In this document: one piece after another, positions 59,894-64,000 of the stretch
How positions within the stretch are numbered: position 1 is the first letter of the stretch
How the letters are laid out: every line of letters begins with the position of its first letter
Source of the DNA: Leptonemataceae bacterium
GTDB taxonomy: Bacteria > Spirochaetota > Leptospiria > Leptospirales > Leptonemataceae
Assembly (NCBI GenBank): GCA_965227295.1
Contig: OZ245742.1
Coordinates: forward strand, 5,536,001-5,600,000
DNA length: 64,000 nt
Direction: 5' to 3'
Program-made: the position numbers and the translations under genes
Notes under the pieces: model-generated
Told to the model about the DNA's origin: nothing
The model's database searches: none
Seen by the model: the letters and a program-made list of their open reading frames with translations, nothing else

Positions 59894-60667
59894 TCACCGC
59901 GCCGTCGGCGTGCCGATCAAGTACGTCACCACCGTACCACCATCGCGCAGCTCACCACTCTCCCAGTCGAAGGTTCGATCCTCCGGTTCCGCCAGTTCGA
60001 GCAACTCCCCGGCACGATAGGCGCGCAGCACGGAAACCGCGCCGTCCCAGGCGATGCTCAGCGGGATTAACGGCAGCACATAGGTAAAGAGCAGGCGCAG
60101 GCCGGGCCGCTCCGGGTTCCGGGCCAGGATTGCCGGTGTCAGGATCCACACAATCCAGGGCACGAGCAGGACCATCGCAAAGAACTGCAAGGCGCTCCGT
60201 TGCACCGGTTCGAAGACGGCGATCCCCCGACGCTTGCGTCGTGCGTCGGCGAAGATCGCACGCAGGGTATCCGGACGAAAGTGATGGGCCACTGTAAACA
60301 TCGTACGAAAACCGGTTAGTTCCTCGGGCACGTTCGTTGCGTCGACGCTCGTCGGATGCGCCGTGATGCCCGCGTCCGCATACTCGCGGCGCAGCGGGCA
60401 CGGAAACTTATCGCTCATCGTCACATTCAGGTTCGGAAACTCTTCGCGCAGATTCTCCCAGACGTGCAACGTGCCCCCGCCGGCCCCGGAACCGAGGTCC
60501 ATGACGCGGTGCTCGCCGCTTTTGCGCAGGGCCCGGGCCAACAGCGGCACCACGCCGGCAAACACCCGCATCTTAGAAGAAACGTAGTCGAGGTAATCCT
60601 GAATCGGCTGCTTCAGGAAGCCCGGGTACCAGGCCAGATCGGTAAACTCGAACAACTGCAATCGCAT
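59894..60667 (-). CDS. Class I SAM-dependent methyltransferase-like protein
   Basis: VMDLGSGAGG motif I, VDAT, HHFRP, WDG.VS.LR.Y. Confidence 0.8.
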   Translation of the reverse strand: MRLQLFEFTDLAWYPGFLKQPIQDYLDYVSSKMRVFAGVVPLLARALRKSGEHRVMDLGSGAGGGTLHVWENLREEFPNLNVTMSDKFPCPLRREYADAGITAHPTSVDATNVPEELTGFRTMFTVAHHFRPDTLRAIFADARRKRRGIAVFEPVQRSALQFFAMVLLVPWIVWILTPAILARNPERPGLRLLFTYVLPLIPLSIAWDGAVSVLRAYRAGELLELAEPEDRTFDWESGELRDGGTVVTYLIGTPTAR

Positions 60668-60746
60668 CACAAGCCTCCGTGCGGGAAGATGCCGTGATGA
60701 TACACCGCGAGCGGGCGAGTGTCGTCCGGATACCGGTTTTCGGACA

Positions 60747-61751
60747 TCAGCCCCCGCGACGCCAGTCGGACGGGCTCCGGCCGAGCTCACGCTGGAAAGC
60801 CTCGTAGAAACTGGAACGAGAATTGAAACCCACGGCATACGTGATGCTCAGGATCGATCGCTCCGGCTCCTCGATCAACAGGCGCTGCGCCTCTTCCACG
60901 CGATAGCGATTCACGAACGTCGCGAAATTCAAGCCCAGGCGATCGTTGAGGTAAGCCGAGAGTTCACGCTCGTTGACGTTCAACAGATCGGCCAGACGAC
61001 GGCGGCTCAGGTCTTCGTCGAGATACGGCCGCTCCGTACGCATGCAGGCTTCCAGGCGTTCGCCGAAATCCTGGGCGTGCTCCGTCCCGGACCGCCGCAC
61101 ATGCAAACGCAGGCCGAGCAGCGCCGGATAACGTCGCACCAATATCGAATAAACGAAGAGTAAGATCACCACGCTGACGTTGCCGGCGAGGGCCGGCAAC
61201 GGCCAATCCAGGAACATGCCGACGGCAACGCTTATGAAGGCCAGGCCGAGAAGCATCAAAAACCCCGTCGCCGGCCGAACGAGTTCCTGCGCGTCGCTCC
61301 GGCGATCCACGGCCCGCAATCGCAGGAGCGCCGCGGCGATGCAGAACAACATCTGCACGGGTATGCCGCCGGCCGCAAGGCGCAGAACTTCCAGGAAAGC
61401 ATCGGCACGAACGGCCAGGCTACAGGCAACGAGCGGAGCGATGAGACTTGCCAGGATGATCGGATCGCGCCGCCGGGACTGCGGCGAGATCAGTTTCGTG
61501 AAGTAGGTCAGCAGCAGCGGCCCCGCCGCGTACTGGCTGAGCACAAGCAGGACCAACACCGACCGGTAAACCTCCGGCCCGGCACTCATGAGCATGATCG
61601 GCGGCACGAGGCCGAGGGCGGCCGTGAACAACAACGCCGCAAGAAAACGATGCGCGTTATGACGAACCGGTTGCACCAGGACGCCGAAGCCTCCATACAC
61701 AGCGAAGGCAATTCCCAGCAGGAAGACGTATATCAGCACCGCCGCGGCCAT
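60747..61751 (-). CDS. Membrane-bound AraC family regulator
   Basis: TM helices then YLDEDLS...LSAYLN...NFATFVNRYRVEEA...VGFNSRSSFY.AF. Confidence 0.9.
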   Translation of the reverse strand: MAAAVLIYVFLLGIAFAVYGGFGVLVQPVRHNAHRFLAALLFTAALGLVPPIMLMSAGPEVYRSVLVLLVLSQYAAGPLLLTYFTKLISPQSRRRDPIILASLIAPLVACSLAVRADAFLEVLRLAAGGIPVQMLFCIAAALLRLRAVDRRSDAQELVRPATGFLMLLGLAFISVAVGMFLDWPLPALAGNVSVVILLFVYSILVRRYPALLGLRLHVRRSGTEHAQDFGERLEACMRTERPYLDEDLSRRRLADLLNVNERELSAYLNDRLGLNFATFVNRYRVEEAQRLLIEEPERSILSITYAVGFNSRSSFYEAFQRELGRSPSDWRRGG

Positions 61752-61840
61752 GCTGACAGATGCCGGACTCGCCGGTGCTTGCGAGCCTTTCTCCGGCACG
61801 CGTAACTTTTTTTGCCGACCGGCCGCGGAGCGCCAAAATT

Positions 61841-61870
61841 TAAGTGGACGCTTATGTAAGTGTATGCTTA
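61841..61870. promoter_or_regulatory. Two tandem TAAG-N6-CTTA palindromes, candidate ArsR operator
   Basis: TAAGtggacgCTTA (61841-61854) and TAAGtgtatgCTTA (61857-61870) just before the arsR start. Confidence 0.65.
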
Positions 61871-61881
61871 AATATATTTTG

Positions 61882-62217
61882 ATGGATGTCGCCCTGAAAG
61901 CCGTCGCTGAACCGAGGCGCCGGGAAATCTTACGCCTGGTCCAGGCCGAAGAACTGAGCGCCGGAGAGATCTGTGATTTCTTCGACGTCAGCGGCCCGGC
62001 CATCTCCCAGCATCTCGCCGTCCTGCTGGACGCGGAGTTGGTGGAGGTCCGACGGGAGGGTACGCGACGTCTGTATCGTGCCAATATGACCCGCATCCGA
62101 CAATTACGTGCCTTCTGGGAAGAGTTCTGGGACGTCAGCCTGCTACGACTGAAGCTCGAAGCGGAAAAGAAGCACAGGGCGGATCAAAACAAGAAGAAGA
62201 AAAAGAGGAAACGCTGA
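61882..62217 (+). CDS. ArsR/SmtB family regulator
   Basis: ALKAVAEPRRREIL...AISQHLAVL..AELV..RREGTRRLY. Confidence 0.9.
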   Translation: MDVALKAVAEPRRREILRLVQAEELSAGEICDFFDVSGPAISQHLAVLLDAELVEVRREGTRRLYRANMTRIRQLRAFWEEFWDVSLLRLKLEAEKKHRADQNKKKKKRKR

Positions 62218-62218
62218 T

Positions 62219-62674
62219 ATGAGTACTACAGGTTATGATCAAGCGGTCGTAAAGAAGACCGTCGAAATTCAGGCGCCGCCGGAGACGGTGTTCGAGTTCT
62301 TTCGTAAGCCGGAGTTGATGACGAAATGGATGGGCATCGAAGCCGAACTCGATCCGCAACCCGGCGGCATCTACCGGGTGCAAATGGCGACTAAAGACCG
62401 CGACGTCGCCCTCGGCAAGTATCTGGAAGTGGATCCGCCGCGACGGATCGTATTTTCCTTCGGCTGGGTCGGCGGAGAATTCGTGCCGCCGGAATCCACC
62501 CGGGTGGAGATCGATCTGGAGCCCTGCGAAAAGGGCACGCGCTTAACTCTCTCTCACTTTCTGTTACACGAAGCGCGACGCGACGCTCACAACAAGGGCT
62601 GGGACTATCACATGGACCGACTGGTTACCGCGGCCGAGGGTCGTGATCCGGGGCCGGACACGCTGGGTGGCTGA
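62219..62674 (+). CDS. SRPBCC (AHSA1-like) domain protein
   Basis: I.APPETVF.....PE....W, G.YLEVDPPRRIVF..GW, GTRLTL.H, GW. Confidence 0.9.
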   Translation: MSTTGYDQAVVKKTVEIQAPPETVFEFFRKPELMTKWMGIEAELDPQPGGIYRVQMATKDRDVALGKYLEVDPPRRIVFSFGWVGGEFVPPESTRVEIDLEPCEKGTRLTLSHFLLHEARRDAHNKGWDYHMDRLVTAAEGRDPGPDTLGG

Positions 62675-62734
62675 GTTCCCGAAACTCAACCACTCTTAGA
62701 TTTAGAGAAGGATAACTTACCACAGGAGACTCAA

Positions 62735-63373
62735 ATGAAACCGAAACTACACGCTCTGCCGGGCTCGCCGAACAGCCGGAAGGTCCTTGCACTCGTCAGA
62801 TACCTGGATCTCGAACCGGAACTGAACCTCATCGATCCTTCCACCGGCATTCACAAACAACCGGACTTTCTTGCGAAGAACCCCAACGGCCTCTTACCGC
62901 TGCTTGAGGTCGGCGACTTCTGCCTCTGGGAGTCCAACGCGATTCTCCAGTACATCGACGACACACACGGCAACCGACTGGGATCCACCGACGCCCGGGA
63001 ACGCGCCGAAATCTCGCGCTGGCAGTTCTGGGAGACGGCCCACTGGGGACCACAAACGGGTATCCTGACCTGGGAAAAACACTTGAAGCAGCTCTTTACC
63101 GGCGCACCGGCCGACCCCGCCCGAGTCGAAGAAGGCATCGAGGCGTATCATAAGATCGCTAAGGTCCTGGAATCGCATCTTAAGAACCGCGACTATGTCG
63201 CCTGCGATCGCCTGACCATCGCCGACTTTTCCGTGGCCGCGCCGCTGACTTATGCGAAAGAATCGGAACATCCCCTGGACGAGTACAAAAACATCGCCGC
63301 CTGGTTGGAGCGCGTGAATACCGTGCCGGCCTGGAGCGAAACCGCACCGCAGAAAATGTTTGCGACGGCATAA
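62735..63373 (+). CDS. Glutathione S-transferase family protein
   Basis: SPNSRKV, NPNG.LP.L, LWESNAI.QY, LTIADF. Confidence 0.93.
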   Translation: MKPKLHALPGSPNSRKVLALVRYLDLEPELNLIDPSTGIHKQPDFLAKNPNGLLPLLEVGDFCLWESNAILQYIDDTHGNRLGSTDARERAEISRWQFWETAHWGPQTGILTWEKHLKQLFTGAPADPARVEEGIEAYHKIAKVLESHLKNRDYVACDRLTIADFSVAAPLTYAKESEHPLDEYKNIAAWLERVNTVPAWSETAPQKMFATA

Positions 63374-63399
63374 AACGTTCCCGGCGCAAAGTTCTTTAC

Positions 63400-63456
63400 G
63401 ACCGGCCGGGCATGCGGATGATCGTATCCCATGCGCTTCGGCCGGTCTTTTTATTT
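63400..63456 (+). terminator. Stem-loop followed by T-tract after the GST gene
   Basis: gaccggccg...cggccggtc-tttttattt with inner gcatg/catgc pairing. Confidence 0.6.
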
Positions 63457-63602
63457 CTGCGCCGCCGTCCTTGCGCTGGCCGGCACCGGTCGCCGCGCAA
63501 GCGAAACCGGCGCCTCCCGATCTCGGGCGACGTGTACACCGGCACGCGCCTGCGAATCAACACGGACTACTATGCGTTTCTGATCAGCACGTCGTACTAT
63601 CT

Positions 63603-64000
63603 TTAACCCCGCTCAATCAGCATCGACCCACCGACGCCGTCACCGGCGCACGAAGTAATCAGCACGCGCTGCGCGTTTGTATCTTCGGCGAGGTCCATGA
63701 CGGCGTTGATCACCAACCGCGCGCCGGTGGCTCCGAAGGGATGGCCGGCGGCAATCGAAGAACCGTTCGGGTTGATCTTCTTCGCGTCGAAGCGCGACTC
63801 CCAATCGAAGCCGGTCTCCTGGCGAATCTCCTCGAGCGCTCCGACGGCCGTGGCGGCAAAGGCTTCGTGAATTTCGATGTAATCGAGATCCTCGAAATTC
63901 AGGCCCAGCTCTTCCATGAGCGGCAGGGCCGAGCGTGATTGGCCGAGGCCCATGAGTTCCGGCGCGACACCGACCATCTTCCAGCCCCGCAACACGCCGG
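63603..64000 (-). CDS. Thiolase (acetyl-CoA acyltransferase), C-terminal part
   Basis: MGLG, EIHEAFAA, NPNGSSIAAGHPFGATGAR, SCAGDG.G. Confidence 0.9.
   Translation of the reverse strand, partial: GVLRGWKMVGVAPELMGLGQSRSALPLMEELGLNFEDLDYIEIHEAFAATAVGALEEIRQETGFDWESRFDAKKINPNGSSIAAGHPFGATGARLVINAVMDLAEDTNAQRVLITSCAGDGVGGSMLIERG

Overview
GC-rich bacterial chromosome segment, most likely a Leptospiraceae-like spirochaete. This is inferred from fliI-fliJ followed by an FlbB-like collar gene, many lipoproteins, membrane-bound AraC regulators and tandem CIRCE-like boxes before groES. Housekeeping genes: ptsI, fliI, fliJ, aroC, feoAB, trpC, polA, zupT, lhr, groES-groEL. The most notable accessory elements are: (i) a tandem pair of ~245-nt non-coding repeats with identical blocks, variable blocks and partly co-varying stems (18.9-19.5 kb); (ii) a low-GC module behind the groEL terminator, made of a DUF6338-like membrane protein and a 51-aa GYQP-repeat peptide missed by the ORF track; (iii) a 6.6-kb SpvB/FG-GAP/RHS protein with an internal membrane/lipoprotein-signal-like insert and no adjacent immunity gene; (iv) a secreted GDA1/CD39-type NTPDase; (v) large hairpins on both sides of fliI; (vi) an S41 pseudo-protease and a pair of receiver-HATPase proteins without an evident H-box; (vii) deletion-eroded pseudogenes (phoD, arsR-SRPBCC). 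I saw no rRNA, tRNA, CRISPR array, transposase or integrase. All family calls come from motif recognition by eye, without database searches.
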